A stretch of 64,000 nt of DNA, taken from NCBI GenBank assembly GCA_010093605.1, contig MU004194.1, forward strand, positions 1,216,323 to 1,280,322. Direction: 5' to 3'. The DNA comes from Lophium mytilinum. Lineage: Eukaryota. The notes beneath the pieces are model-generated. The model was not told the origin of the DNA, made no database searches, and saw nothing but the letters and a program-made list of their open reading frames with translations. Below, in pieces: positions 11,018 through 22,687 of this stretch. The position numbers were made by a program, and so were the translations under genes. Position 1 is the first letter of the stretch, and every line of letters begins with the position of its first letter.

Positions 11018-13862
11018 GGCGATGGAGAAGTCCTAATCTGGTTACACTTGAGGTAAGGTTCGGTAGGTAGTGATGTACCAGAGTGTACAACACTAGGCCA
11101 GTGTTGATTGGGGGCACTGAATGGTCTCGTCGCGTACAGTCAGTGGTCTTGTGCGGCTCTTTATCGTTAGCTGCTTTGGACTTTCGAGAGACACGGCGGA
11201 TCGTATTCGAGGAGAGTTTACCTGAAGAGAAGAGGTATGAACGCAATGCTTAGAGGTACGGACTTGAACCGGGAAAGCTATATTGTCCCCGACAATGACC
11301 TGAAGGCTAGGAGGGAGACCAGAGCACAGAGAAAAGGATAGGGCCTGGCTTCAATCACACAGACTCGACTGGATAAGATAGCCTAGAAGACAGTGACACG
11401 GAGATAAGAGTTAAAGAAATGCTTGAAAACCATTAGTGAGTGCGTATCTCTACAGATATGTATACTCGCCACATCAGCCACGGAGTGGCGCCACAGTGCT
11501 GACAGGTAGGTGCCTGTACCGAGTTGAACAAGGTTGTGATGTGCATATTTAATACAGCTGCTGTGGGGTGGGGGGCAGACTCATGGAAAGAGACCGAGGC
11601 CAATGGGGATGCATAGTTTTGCAATACGCTCGAATATAGAGGTTCACCTTCAATACAATGGAGCCTCTAAAAATAAAACTCGCCGACAGACAGCTGGAAG
11701 CATGCGAATTCATAGGGAGGGGACCCTGCAAGCTAAAATCGGCGCCTCCCACGCGGTGTTGGCGTAGTCCAGCGAGATTGAGGGTGAGGGTGCGTGATGC
11801 TGGGTTCAGTTAGCAACACCCTCCCCAACCTCAACGTCATGACTCCGAGTCGCAAACAGACAAACAGTAGACGATATCTATTGGGCGGCGGCATGAGCGA
11901 GCAAATAGCTAGGCCCGGGGCGCGGTGGGCCGACGTGACCAGACCCAGCTCGAAGGTGCAGATGTAGAGGCGGCAGCTTCAGTTCCCGCTTGCAAGTGCC
12001 CGTGGAATCTCGTACAAACGCTCCAGACGACACGAACTAGACACGGGGGCCTTCGCACAGACAGCTTTTGCTGAAGATGGAACTGCATGCACTGTCGGGC
12101 TTCATTGTTGCGGCTATCCAACCAGGGGCGGCGCTCGCGGATTGCCGCAAACAAGGCTCCATGTGCCAGCTGAGAAGCAAGGCTGCAAGGCTGCCGTGGA
12201 GGCCGCGGGCAGGTGGAGGGGAGTGCAAGGAGGGTGCACTATGGGTTCAGGTTGTCCGGGTGGTGTTGTTGCATTGTCCCGATTCGTTTAGCTGTATTCT
12301 TACGAAGCCTTGCCGCAGCCACTTAGGTGGCTTGGGCGAATGGACCTCATTCGGGACCGCCAGCCACAGGCTCGATCGGGCGTGAGAGAGCAACGCTGAT
12401 GCCGAGTGCGCGTGTGCGTCATATCCGGAGTCTTTTAAGGTTTTCCTCTGGTCTGTTGAGCGGTCACCGGTATCTGACGCCCACCATATCGGATTCGGCG
12501 CCCAGCATGTCGGGCTCCTGCTATATCTGGATCCCGCTATATATGGCGCCCACTATATCTGCACTTTTCCCGTGGGCTCTTTGAGATGTCGGGGGACGCG
12601 ACCGCGAGTGCGCAACTGTTCCTGAATGGCGTCTCATCTCCGCCCCAGGATCATAACGGGAGCATCCGGTGCAATCCAGCACTTGGCGTTGCTCTGGCTC
12701 CGAGACTCGCTATCCGAACCGGTATCAGGGACTGTCTTCGGAATTGTGACATGTTTGTTGTCTAGCGAGGGCATTGAGGGTCGAGTGACGTCCAAAGATG
12801 CAGGTGGGGAACGGGAGAACTGGGGGTAGATCGGGATGACACCTACAGTATGTGGCTGGTGAGATTGCACAGCCACAAACCTGGGGTGGAGCTTGCACCT
12901 GGCAACCTTGAAAAGTTCGATAATCGCTCTCAAGATACGCAAAGTCGACATCTTTTGCCGGAGTACGCACTGTGGGCCACAGTCAGCCACCCACACTGCG
13001 TTACGACCTGCCGGTGTGGCGTCTTCAAGCCCCCCATCACGGCCTCACCACCTGCAGGTGCACAGCAATCCAGCCCAGCTCGCGTGACGAGACGGGAGCG
13101 CGCCGTTTTGCCCGTACTCAAGCGGACTCAAGCCACCTGTGTGTCTGAGTCAAGGCAGGGATTCGATTGCTTCCACTGTGCACCCTGTGGCACAAGTCTC
13201 ACGAATCTGACATGAGTCTACACGTTGAGCCTCCCCACTCGGCGTCTTGATGGCCAGCTGTTGACGACGGCTAGCTCAGACAGCTGTTCCCGCTTGAGAC
13301 ACCGTCATTGCTAAGTACTCGTCTCGTCTCTTGACTTGTGGAGCCGTACCGCCCGTGGGGTCCATCTTTCTGGTCAGATTGAGGCTGAGGGACAGTTTCT
13401 AATCATTCATTATAGCGCATTGTCTTGATCCGGAGGACAATCTCTGGCCCAGCTACCTTTAATACGTCATCGCAAAACCTCTATTTAAAGTCTCTCGGGC
13501 GTCTCCCCAAGATCGACGTCGTATATCCTTTAGCAATTCTTCCTAATTAGGAAACTTATCATTAACCAATCATATTCCGTCGCTTCGCGGTTGGTAGGCT
13601 AATACGTTTTAGGTTGTGAAGGACTTTTCCTTCTTCAGCCTTCATATTAACATGATGTGAGCATTGGAAGTAGCGACAGTACACCTACATGACTGTTGAA
13701 AAGGTAGACTGAAAAAGATCTCATTCATGAACGTGCGTTTTCTATCACTAGTGCCAGGACAATCTGTATGACGAGATCCCCCGCCGATAATCTCGCATCA
13801 CACCTTTCGACTCTTGCGTGTCTGGCGTAGCCTTATTCTCCCATCTAGATGAGCTACGCAAA

Positions 13863-15251
13863 CTACTCCGTGTTCTCTAGCCAGGCTCCAAGCGCTGCAA
13901 ACAGGTGTATCTCACGCTTATCATTGCAGTACTTGATGAGTGTCTTCGAACGCTCAGAAGCATCTACACCAGTGGCTTTCTGCAGCTTCGCCCAATCGAC
14001 AGGACACAAATATGGTGCCTGCCGTGCATCCTCCCTAATGGATGCCGACCCTTGCATATTGCATCCATAATAAACACAATGCCCAATCCCGAAACAGTGA
14101 GCAACTTCGTGGCTGGCCGTGCGACAGACTCGGCCTAACCAAAGCCTAGTTAGAGTGTCTGGATCCGGCGAGCTGGACAAGGAGGGGAGGGCAGCATGGG
14201 CCGTGATTGCGGCTCGGAGCGGAGTGTCTGCATGTTGCTCTACTTTAATTGCATCGGAAGCTTGCTGGGACTCTTTTCTTGTGGCCCCGTTCTTGCTGCG
14301 TTTGGCAGCCTTATTACCGTCATTCGTTGCTTCGTCGCAACAACTCGCTACGTAGGTAGCACAGTGCGAAGCTGGCCACGCGTGCTCGCGCTCTATTTCT
14401 TGCTTTGAATCCAGGCCAGGGTGATAGCGCGCCATGGAGACGACAGAAACGCGACTGCCACCATAAGCAAGACCACATACAAACTCGTCCTCGGGGCTTT
14501 GATAAAGATCTTGTTGAACGAGGAAAAGCAACGCAAATGCATCGGCTGGGAGCATGGCAATCGCAGCGTCCAGTAAATCATCTAGGTTCAACTGAGCTTT
14601 GTACGCTTTGTCCAAGGAGGGCCGAGTGCGAATTCCTATGATCTCCTTTGATGTCTGGAGGCCGATGAGGGGCGTTTTTGACGACTTGGCGAGTGCCTTC
14701 GCCGCCCTGGGCCTTTTTGCCTCCCAGGCGATAAAGGTAGCCGTAGAGGGCGGGAGCACCTCGACAGTCATGCCGTGATAGTATGCGCTGAGGTAATCCA
14801 CGACATCCTGGATGTCTGGCGGAGGGATGTGATCTTCTTTCTTCGCGCCTCGCGATCGGACTTGGTTCCACGTTTGAACAAAATCAACGTCATCTGTAAT
14901 CGCCGGCGGCCCAATCACGTATATCGTCTTCCGTTTGTTCGTAACTCTGTTCCGCTCATCCTGCCTCATGCGTTTCCATTCCGAGAAGCTCTGTGGAGGA
15001 TGGGTTGGGTCGAGAGCCAAGTCGTCCTCTGGTAAAATTAATGGGGCAGGAAACAATTTACCACCCAAAGCTGGAGTGTCAAGATCTCGTTTCCTCTTTC
15101 CCGAGGACTTAGTGTTTTCTTCCTCTATCGACGTGTGTACGGCAGCCAGCTGTCGTGGGGTGGGGCCTCGAAAGCCAACTTCTGCCGCATGGTTTGATGA
15201 GTCGAAGGTGAGGGTTGGATGGGTGCACCGAGAGACGGCACGCTTTGGCAT
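13863..15251 (-). CDS. Archaemetzincin-like zinc metallopeptidase (M54 family)
   Basis: HEVAHCFGIGHCVYYGCNMQGS..LCPVD matches the HExxHxxGxxHC..C..C archaemetzincin motif. Also QLNLDDLLDAA and FVCGLAYGGSRV. ATG at 15251 (MPKRAV). Confidence 0.85.
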   Translation of the reverse strand: MPKRAVSRCTHPTLTFDSSNHAAEVGFRGPTPRQLAAVHTSIEEENTKSSGKRKRDLDTPALGGKLFPAPLILPEDDLALDPTHPPQSFSEWKRMRQDERNRVTNKRKTIYVIGPPAITDDVDFVQTWNQVRSRGAKKEDHIPPPDIQDVVDYLSAYYHGMTVEVLPPSTATFIAWEAKRPRAAKALAKSSKTPLIGLQTSKEIIGIRTRPSLDKAYKAQLNLDDLLDAAIAMLPADAFALLFLVQQDLYQSPEDEFVCGLAYGGSRVSVVSMARYHPGLDSKQEIEREHAWPASHCATYVASCCDEATNDGNKAAKRSKNGATRKESQQASDAIKVEQHADTPLRAAITAHAALPSLSSSPDPDTLTRLWLGRVCRTASHEVAHCFGIGHCVYYGCNMQGSASIREDARQAPYLCPVDWAKLQKATGVDASERSKTLIKYCNDKREIHLFAALGAWLENTE

Positions 15252-15709
15252 GTTGTACACGTTCAAATATAGGACCTGCGCAAAACAGGACTCATGGTGT
15301 TCATAAAGAACTTCAGGGTGTTGTTGCCTAAAGATGCTCCAGTCAGCAAGGCCGATTTAGGTTGACTGCGCCACACTTAAGGGTATTAGGGGGTGGCTTG
15401 GTTAAATAGAGTTCAATTAGGTAGGTAGGTACGCGCATGTAGACAAATGTGGGAGTTCCGACATCAAAAGTCTATCCGGAAAAGCGCTTGAATCTGGCGC
15501 GAAAATACAATCCAAGACGGCCCAATCTTATAACAAAAGAGACGCAAGGAAAAAGTAGCGTAGAGGCTCTATGCACGTCGCTGTGGTATCCATAGAATTT
15601 CAACAAACCTTCCTAACCCCAAATGCAGTGATTGTCTCTTTACACACTGTCGACGAGCGTGTTTCGGCTGAACTAAAAACTAAGAAGGGCGTGTAGAAGC
15701 CTTTAAGCT

Positions 15710-16785
15710 TCACGGACAAGTCAGGCTTCTGACTCTCCGCTCTCCCACCCTTCCGAGGGTCTGCTTCCGAAGAGCGGCAGGTACAGCGACAGCGCCCCAG
15801 CACTGCAGTGCCGCGCGCTGCAGCAGCTCCAATTCCTCGCCCTTCATTCTCAGCTGGCGCTTCGCTAATTTGGATTTCTTCAACTTAGTCCCACTGCCTT
15901 CGCCATCTCCATGTAAACCCCCATATCGAAGGAGGGCAGCACGTTGCTCGGAAGGCGTGCTTGTCGGAGATGGAGACGACACTAGCGCTTCAAGCTCGCC
16001 ACACTCGCGGATGAGAGCTTGAATACCCGCGGAGAGAGAATTGGCACGTGAAAGGAGATAAGGCCAGTATTCTGGGCCCCAGAACGGGTCTTGGGCAAGG
16101 GCCTCACGTAGCGCGGGGAGTATGTGGGGTAGTGGAGGTAAAGACAGCCCTGAAGGAGTGGTGGGGCCAGCAGGCTCTGAAATTGGAAGGGCATCACTAG
16201 GAGCCGAAGAAGCTGGCGAGATTGACAGAAGGGATGAGGCAACTGTGAGGCGGATGTGTGATTCAGTGCTGATGGTTGCAGCGGTGACGCAGGCTAGATG
16301 GAAGGCTGTGTTAGCAATTGTTCCTGCAAAGCAAGGCACTAGTATTACCTGGGCAGCCCCGAGTACAGCACCAGTCCACCTCATCCGTCACAAAGCACTG
16401 CAGCCAGAGGAATGCGCTGCGTGCATCCCCATGGAAGGCGAGCTCAAGGTCCTCGGGCTTCTGGGTGCAGAGTGCCGCGTGGGCAAGGGCGGACGCACGC
16501 CTGAACAGCTGCAACACGGGCATATTTAGCGCATGGAGCAAGTCGCGATGCAATAGCCAGGTTGGATGGGTGTCCGGAAAGGCGGAATGATGTTCACAGA
16601 AGCTAGGGGTGGTTAGAAAGGGCGTATGCATAAAGAAGGTTTGCCCAGACGAACCTGTTGTCTGTCTTATCGGCCAGGTAGTGCTGCAGCACCTGGAAGC
16701 CAGGCGACGCTGCAAGCGCAGCCATGTCGTCAAGGGGGATGTCGAATGGAGAGTCGGACGGGATCGAATGCGTAGCAGTAGCCAT
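15710..16785 (-). CDS. Hypothetical protein (3 exons, Cys-rich WCCTRGCPACV motif)
   Basis: ORFs 16603-16785, 16311-17003 (part) and 15710-16384 (part) join via GTTCGT..CTAAC..TAG and GTAATA..CTAAC..TAG introns. Confidence 0.7.
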
Positions 16786-18002
16786 GATTCAGCGAAGGTA
16801 GCGGTACGGCGAAGGCATGCAGACGTGGCTTGGGAGGCGTGGGCATTGAAGGGCAGGAAACGAGGCACAATGTGTGTGAGGGCGACGGGCGACGTGCAGC
16901 AGAAGACAGCGAAGAAGAGGAAGTGGATAAGGGAGAGGTGTGGAAGGGAGTCGTCGACGTGGTGGAAGATCAATGCACGCGATGGGCGTCTTAATGCAGC
17001 CACTGGCGCTAGCTAGCGGAGCCATGGCCGCGTTCTCGCCCTCTAGCTTGATATGTGGAGCTGCGTGGATGCTCACAATTAATTGACTCCAATCCCACGC
17101 CCCCTCCCACTACGAACCACCGGCCAGCATCGGTGGCGTAATATTGGCTTTCTTTCACGACTCTGCAGAGGTGGGCTGGCAATGTAACCGAGTCTTCATA
17201 ATGATATTCTTCTGCTGCATACAAATGATAGAGCATATCTGAAGCAGGTCAAACAGTGGCTGAGAAGCGTCCTCCTATAATTGAAAAGCAAGCGGCCAGG
17301 GCACTGTTCTCATGGCGTACAGATAGAGCTTTCGTTCTTAAGCTGCTGGGATCTGGGACCGCAAAATCACCAGTACAGGATCCTAAACACAACCATGTGT
17401 TGTCTAAGACTATTGTTCGGTAGCCTCTCGCCATCGGCCCTTCAATGCATAGCTAAACCGGTTCTAACCAAGCGTGTGTCTATGCAAAAACAACCGGACT
17501 CTAAAGTAGCACGATAAGGGATTTCCCGGCTCCTGGACAAACTCGCTGAACGCTAAGAATAAGCCGCCGCCGTTTTGTGAAACAAGAGAAGAAGAGATGA
17601 CGAATCGTATCATGCATGGTGTCCAGAAACCACAGCTTTCATCCAAATCCGCGAGTCCCACCAAGTCTCCTGAAGAGCGACCTTCTCTACTCGAGACATG
17701 CTTGGCAGCGTGTGTGTCTCGGTGGTAGCCTTCATATCTCATAAAAGCTCGTGCGCGTCGTTGGGCTTAATACTCGCAGCCATCCAATCCAACTCGATGT
17801 GATCGAAGGCAATAGGTATTAGAAGTAGGAAATCGAGGTTTGATATCCAGCGGTTTCATTTGTACCAAATACTGCGATCGAGAGCAAGGTGTTCGTGGCC
17901 ATTTGTTAGCCATTTACGACAGCGAAATCGATGGTCGGTAGTCGTCAATGCTCATTTCTTCTCGCTCAAAGCACCCATCCCTTCATACCATCCCTTCGAT
18001 AG

Positions 18003-21000
18003 TCAGCTGTCCTTGTCTCCTTCTTTCTCGCCCTTGTCTTTCTTCCCCTTCTTCTTAAAGCCGGGAAGAACGTGTCTAATCCCTCTTCCCTCTCTGCGTT
18101 CTCTCTCTTTCGCGCGCTCGCGCTCCCGTTCTCCAAATCGTGGAAGAGCAGTCGTGTACTCCTCCCCACTTGCGCTTAGTGCGCCCTCGCTACCTTCTAG
18201 GCTACGAGTTCCTGAGCTGTGGGTACCGGAAGCGAGCCGAGACGGTGCAATAGCTGAGAGGTTGATGTGTGTGTTGGGGTTAGCAGTAAACGACTGGCCT
18301 GCCGACACGCTCAACCCATCTCTAGATCCAGGCGGGGTTTCTTCGGTTGCAGATGCAGAGGCCGACGCCGACGCCGATGCAGTTCCTAGGCTTTGTGCGT
18401 ATCTGCTCCCTCCGGGAGTTGCCGTAGCTGAAGCTACAGAGGCTATTGAAACAGCAGAGCCAAATGGCAGACTGGTCGATGAGCTGGCCTGGTGCCTGGA
18501 GCCCCGGATAGGAATTGCTTTCATTGTCACCGGCGTGCTGGTGCTTGACGAGGTTGGGCGATCGTCATCTGGGCTGTTCGGAGTCGACATACTGCCCTTC
18601 CTAACTGAATGGCCTACAGGCTCGAAACTCGCCGAGCTTTCAAGTTGCTCCACCAGTTCTTCCCATTTGACACTTAGACTAGAGCACGGGCGCTCTGCGC
18701 GCTCCGCCCGGTTTAGGCAGTCCGCAGTACGTTGGTGTAGCGAGGTACAGATGTCGTGGAAGCGCAGGAGATCGCCGTCCGACTGTTGAATGTTATGGGC
18801 TGATGAAACTGTATTATTCAACCACAAGTCGACGAGTGCAGCGAAGTTGCGTGCGTGGTCGATGAGATACGGAAGAGACGGGAACCCTTCGCGAGAGGTG
18901 GGCGGTAGGCGCTGCAGGATAGCGAGAGGCGTACTATAGGAGGGCGGAATTGGTGAGAGGGCTGAAGATGCCGAGGAAATCGAGCAAATGTTATCAATGT
19001 ACGATTTGAATTCCTGTCGATGCGATGAAAGGAAGGTATTCATTGGCTCCATCCATTGCTCTTTGGCTCCGAAAGTCGACATGTTGGCCAAACCTTGCAG
19101 CGACTTTGCGATCAAGGTAAGCGTTCTCCTCGCCTTTGGTTTAGGATGATCTTCGATGCTGTTAGGACGTATTGGTTTACGCTGGAGGATATGGAGCTTA
19201 CCTTTTAGCAGCCCGAAGAGTTTTGGGTTGAGGACTGCAGGGCAGAAGAAACGAAGAAACAGGAAACCAGAGACACTACTGTACGTCACAGTCCTGAGGA
19301 AGTCGCCGTACCGGTCTTCTGCACAAGCTCGAATGTGCCTGAATATCATTCGTAACTCGTGAGGACATCGCGATACTGAGTTGTATATTGCTTTCCACAA
19401 GTCCTCCGTGAGGTTAATGAGCCTTCTCCAATTTCGATCTAGCTCATGTTGAGAGTGGATTCTATTAGGGTCGACCTCGCAATCGGGGTCCTTTTCGCTT
19501 ATTTCCTTCAGTTTCTCACAAAGTGTTTCCTCAAGATACTCCTTGCCTAATCTTTTCATGTGAAAATCTAGCGCTTTAGTCAATAGAGTGTTGCCGCGGA
19601 ACAACAGGTTGGCTTCCAATTTGGCCGAGTTACCTAGATCTCGAACGAACAGTTCGCGATCACTCGATGAACCAAAGGATTCACTGGAGTCGCTTGAGCC
19701 TAACCGCCTGCTGAATCTTAGTCTGCTTGCTGGGGTTTCCTTGAGGGTCCCATCGATTTCTTCCTCCACCAAAGCCATTAACCACTCCCCAGCTTGGCCA
19801 GAGACTTGAAAGATATTGAGCAGGCACTCGGAGAGTCTCTTCAGCTCGTTGGGGACCATCTGGGATAGTTGAAGTGTAAGGCCGTTGGAAAATCGGTGGA
19901 GGAGCTCGGACATGGGCTGATAATCGCGAGCCATCAATATTACCACTTCTTCGGCGCTGACTTTGACGAGGACTTCTCCCACACTGTTGCCGTACATGTT
20001 CACGAGTGGCCACCACTTTTCCAGCTCTTGAGTTGGGCCGAGATCATCGAGATACACATCAACCTTGCCACAAGTCTGATCGAACGAGATACCCGTATAT
20101 CCGCCCGTGCCCTCGGACGAACTAAATGCTTCGGACGTCGGCTGAGGGTCGTGGTGGGCTCGCTCTTGCTGGCCTTGGCTGGGCGGACGCTTTTTCAACA
20201 ACAGTGAAGCTGTAGATAGCACAGCTGGAAGATCGAGGAACTCAAACTCCTCTCGCCAGAAGGGTGTATTTCCCTCATTCTTGACCATGGTTCGGGCTCT
20301 TGTTTCGCCATCTAGCAGAACCTCAACATAGTAGCCTCCGGACTTGTTCGTAGTGGACGATGTCGGCCTGTTCGGGACGTTATAGTCGGCAACTTTAGGA
20401 CTCAAAGGAGGCATCAACCGAGCCTCTATTACTTTAATCATTAAAGAGCGTTCCATGCGGAACATGTCCTGAGTCGTCGATGTAAAATTCGGGGATATCG
20501 TGGGCTCTTCCGCAAGCTCTGGCTGCTTCGGACCATACAGCTGCGGGATAGTGAAAGCTCGGAGAAGAACAATCCAAACTTCATATAGAACACGGGATTC
20601 CAGGGAGAGAAATATGGGTCGTAGCAATGATATAGATGTGGCCGTTGAGGTGTACTGAGGATAAATAGCAATGCAAAATTCGTTGTCCAAGACAGAAGGG
20701 TCTAGTCGCTGCACAGCACAGCGAGATAGCTGGGATAGCTGAACAACGGAAACTAAGGTTACGTCGGTGTCTGCAAACAGCTTCAGCTCTCCGTTCTCAC
20801 GCAACGTGCAAGACACTCTTCTCCACCGCCGGGATCCGTGGCTTTGGAGTCTGTAGGCCTGCGGCCTGGCCGCGGATTTAGAAGGTCCCACGTTGCTGTA
20901 TGACACATTTGTATCCCAGTAGATCATCTTCCCAACTTTGATAATTGGCGCCTCCTTGAGTAGGGACACCTCGGAGTGCCTGCGGCTTTCGACCAGGCGC

Positions 21001-21980
21001 CGCTCCGGAACTAATGGAGTCTGCGGTTTGGCCATCTTGTTCTGGATGCCTTTGGGACGGATTGGCTGCCAGCACAAGAGCGCCGCAAACCAAGAGTCAA
21101 ACTCCTCCTGAGTCGGCGGCCTCAGATGGACTTCCAGACTCGAGTTGTGCAGAGAAACGTCTATAAAGGCGGTATATGACTCGGCATCGTATGCGCTCTT
21201 GACGCGACAGCCTCTCAGGTCTGGGACGAGTGTCCTGTGGTAGGAATTGTCGCTCTTGGGCTCGTAGACCAAGCTGCCCGACTCCTCGTTGATATAGCAG
21301 TACGACAGCGACCACGGATTGCTTTCTCCTCGGCGAAACGCAAGCATGCCCTGCATCCTCCCACACGTCGCCCTCATAAGCTTCAGGACCTTGCGGGCAT
21401 CGGACGCGGGGACGGGCGAGACCCAGGAATCGGGTTGCGCAGTGGTTGCGGTCACGGTGTGGGGGACGGGCGAGGCAGTGCGAGGCGGCTGCTGCTGCTT
21501 GACCAGGCGGCTGCGACTGGAATTGGAGGCGCGGGAGGCCGAGTGCGAGGGCGCCGCGATAGTCGACGGGTGGCCGATGGAGGTGACGGCCTCCTCGAGG
21601 CCCTGGAAGTTGGCAGAGCCGGTGGAGTGCACAGAGCCAATGCGATGGCGGCTGGTCATGAACAAATTGGGCGGCGACTTGTCCCGGGAGGTGCGCTCCT
21701 CCAGCGTGCGGGTGCGTGGACGGGTGTGCGAGTCCCTCAGGCTTCTGAGCGAGTACTCGCCATCGTTCGAGTTGGAGCGGGCCACAAAGCTCCGGGGACT
21801 GTCGCGCTGCAGGGCGCGCGGCGAGACGTGGGGTGAGGAGACTCGTGGGTCGCGCTGCTTCGCGATGCCGTCCTCGGGGATGGAGTCGTCGTCGGGGGTG
21901 ACAGCGCGGATCGTGTAGTTGGCGCGTGGGTCATCGGACGGGTCTGGCACGCCGTTCCTCTTCCGCCGTGGTGCCTCCAT
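18003..21980 (-). CDS. bud2: Ras GTPase-activating protein with PH-like and C2 domains (Bud2/Cla2-like)
   Basis: RasGAP signatures LLFRGNTLLTK and FLFLRFFCPAVLNPKLFGL. C2 motif YYVEVLLDGETRART..TPFWREEFEF. One in-frame 51-nt intron at 19151-19201. Confidence 0.88.
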   Translation of the reverse strand: MEAPRRKRNGVPDPSDDPRANYTIRAVTPDDDSIPEDGIAKQRDPRVSSPHVSPRALQRDSPRSFVARSNSNDGEYSLRSLRDSHTRPRTRTLEERTSRDKSPPNLFMTSRHRIGSVHSTGSANFQGLEEAVTSIGHPSTIAAPSHSASRASNSSRSRLVKQQQPPRTASPVPHTVTATTAQPDSWVSPVPASDARKVLKLMRATCGRMQGMLAFRRGESNPWSLSYCYINEESGSLVYEPKSDNSYHRTLVPDLRGCRVKSAYDAESYTAFIDVSLHNSSLEVHLRPPTQEEFDSWFAALLCWQPIRPKGIQNKMAKPQTPLVPERRLVESRRHSEVSLLKEAPIIKVGKMIYWDTNVSYSNVGPSKSAARPQAYRLQSHGSRRWRRVSCTLRENGELKLFADTDVTLVSVVQLSQLSRCAVQRLDPSVLDNEFCIAIYPQYTSTATSISLLRPIFLSLESRVLYEVWIVLLRAFTIPQLYGPKQPELAEEPTISPNFTSTTQDMFRMERSLMIKVIEARLMPPLSPKVADYNVPNRPTSSTTNKSGGYYVEVLLDGETRARTMVKNEGNTPFWREEFEFLDLPAVLSTASLLLKKRPPSQGQQERAHHDPQPTSEAFSSSEGTGGYTGISFDQTCGKVDVYLDDLGPTQELEKWWPLVNMYGNSVGEVLVKVSAEEVVILMARDYQPMSELLHRFSNGLTLQLSQMVPNELKRLSECLLNIFQVSGQAGEWLMALVEEEIDGTLKETPASRLRFSRRLGSSDSSESFGSSSDRELFVRDLGNSAKLEANLLFRGNTLLTKALDFHMKRLGKEYLEETLCEKLKEISEKDPDCEVDPNRIHSQHELDRNWRRLINLTEDLWKAIYNSVSRCPHELRMIFRHIRACAEDRYGDFLRTVTYSSVSGFLFLRFFCPAVLNPKLFGLLKGKLHILQRKPIRPNSIEDHPKPKARRTLTLIAKSLQGLANMSTFGAKEQWMEPMNTFLSSHRQEFKSYIDNICSISSASSALSPIPPSYSTPLAILQRLPPTSREGFPSLPYLIDHARNFAALVDLWLNNTVSSAHNIQQSDGDLLRFHDICTSLHQRTADCLNRAERAERPCSSLSVKWEELVEQLESSASFEPVGHSVRKGSMSTPNSPDDDRPTSSSTSTPVTMKAIPIRGSRHQASSSTSLPFGSAVSIASVASATATPGGSRYAQSLGTASASASASASATEETPPGSRDGLSVSAGQSFTANPNTHINLSAIAPSRLASGTHSSGTRSLEGSEGALSASGEEYTTALPRFGERERERAKERERREGRGIRHVLPGFKKKGKKDKGEKEGDKDS

Positions 21981-22687
21981 GGGAGGGCTCGATGAGAGAA
22001 GGGATGTGGGGATGGGGACGATCCCGAATTGAAGGGGGAGTGCACGGTTGCTCTACTCGGACAGGCAGTCCTGCGGTGCTGCCGCGCTGTTCAGATGCGC
22101 CCCGGAGCATGCTCCTCGCCAGAATGCACAACAACGCCCTGGAGGCTGCTTGACGGGAGCAGGAGTTCTGGAAAATTGCGGCCAGTCTGAAGCAGCCGCA
22201 ACGGCAGCAGCTGCAGCAGCACAGTGGCATCAATGGCGGCGAGCGGTAGTTCATCACGGCTCGCAGGCACTCAGCACTCGCTAGCAACTCCACACGGACG
22301 CAGACGGCGCGACTCAATGCACTCTAGATCCATGCCGAGCGCTCAATTGCTGCGTTCTGCCCTACAGTCGTGCAAAGTACCTACATACCCGTCCAAGCAA
22401 CTCCCGAATCGACATGGAAACCCGCAGTCAGCCCAGCTCCGCGTGCGCCATCCCTCCAAAGCCACCCCTCCCCACTCCTGCTTGCCCCACGAGAGCCGCG
22501 CGAAACATTGGAAAGACAGTGACTAGACCTGACTCTTGCACCCTATGAGCCCTGCTGCGTCAATGCAAGGGCCGTGGCCAGCATCCTCGCTGCCAAATCC
22601 CAACACCTCGCCCGACGCTCTCAAATACCACAAGCTGCTCACCCGTCCAGAAGCGGTTCCCAACTCCCAGCGGACTTTGTGCGTGCA

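Noticed and set aside
11247..13800. Many short overlapping ORFs in the long intergenic region
   Set aside because: No motifs and no consistent splice structure; expected by chance at this GC content.
17860..18789. 309-aa + strand ORF, and similar ORFs at 21237-21918, 53977-54558 and 55651-56187
   Set aside because: Antisense shadows of GC-rich real genes (RasGAP, prp31, AA11) with no recognisable motifs.
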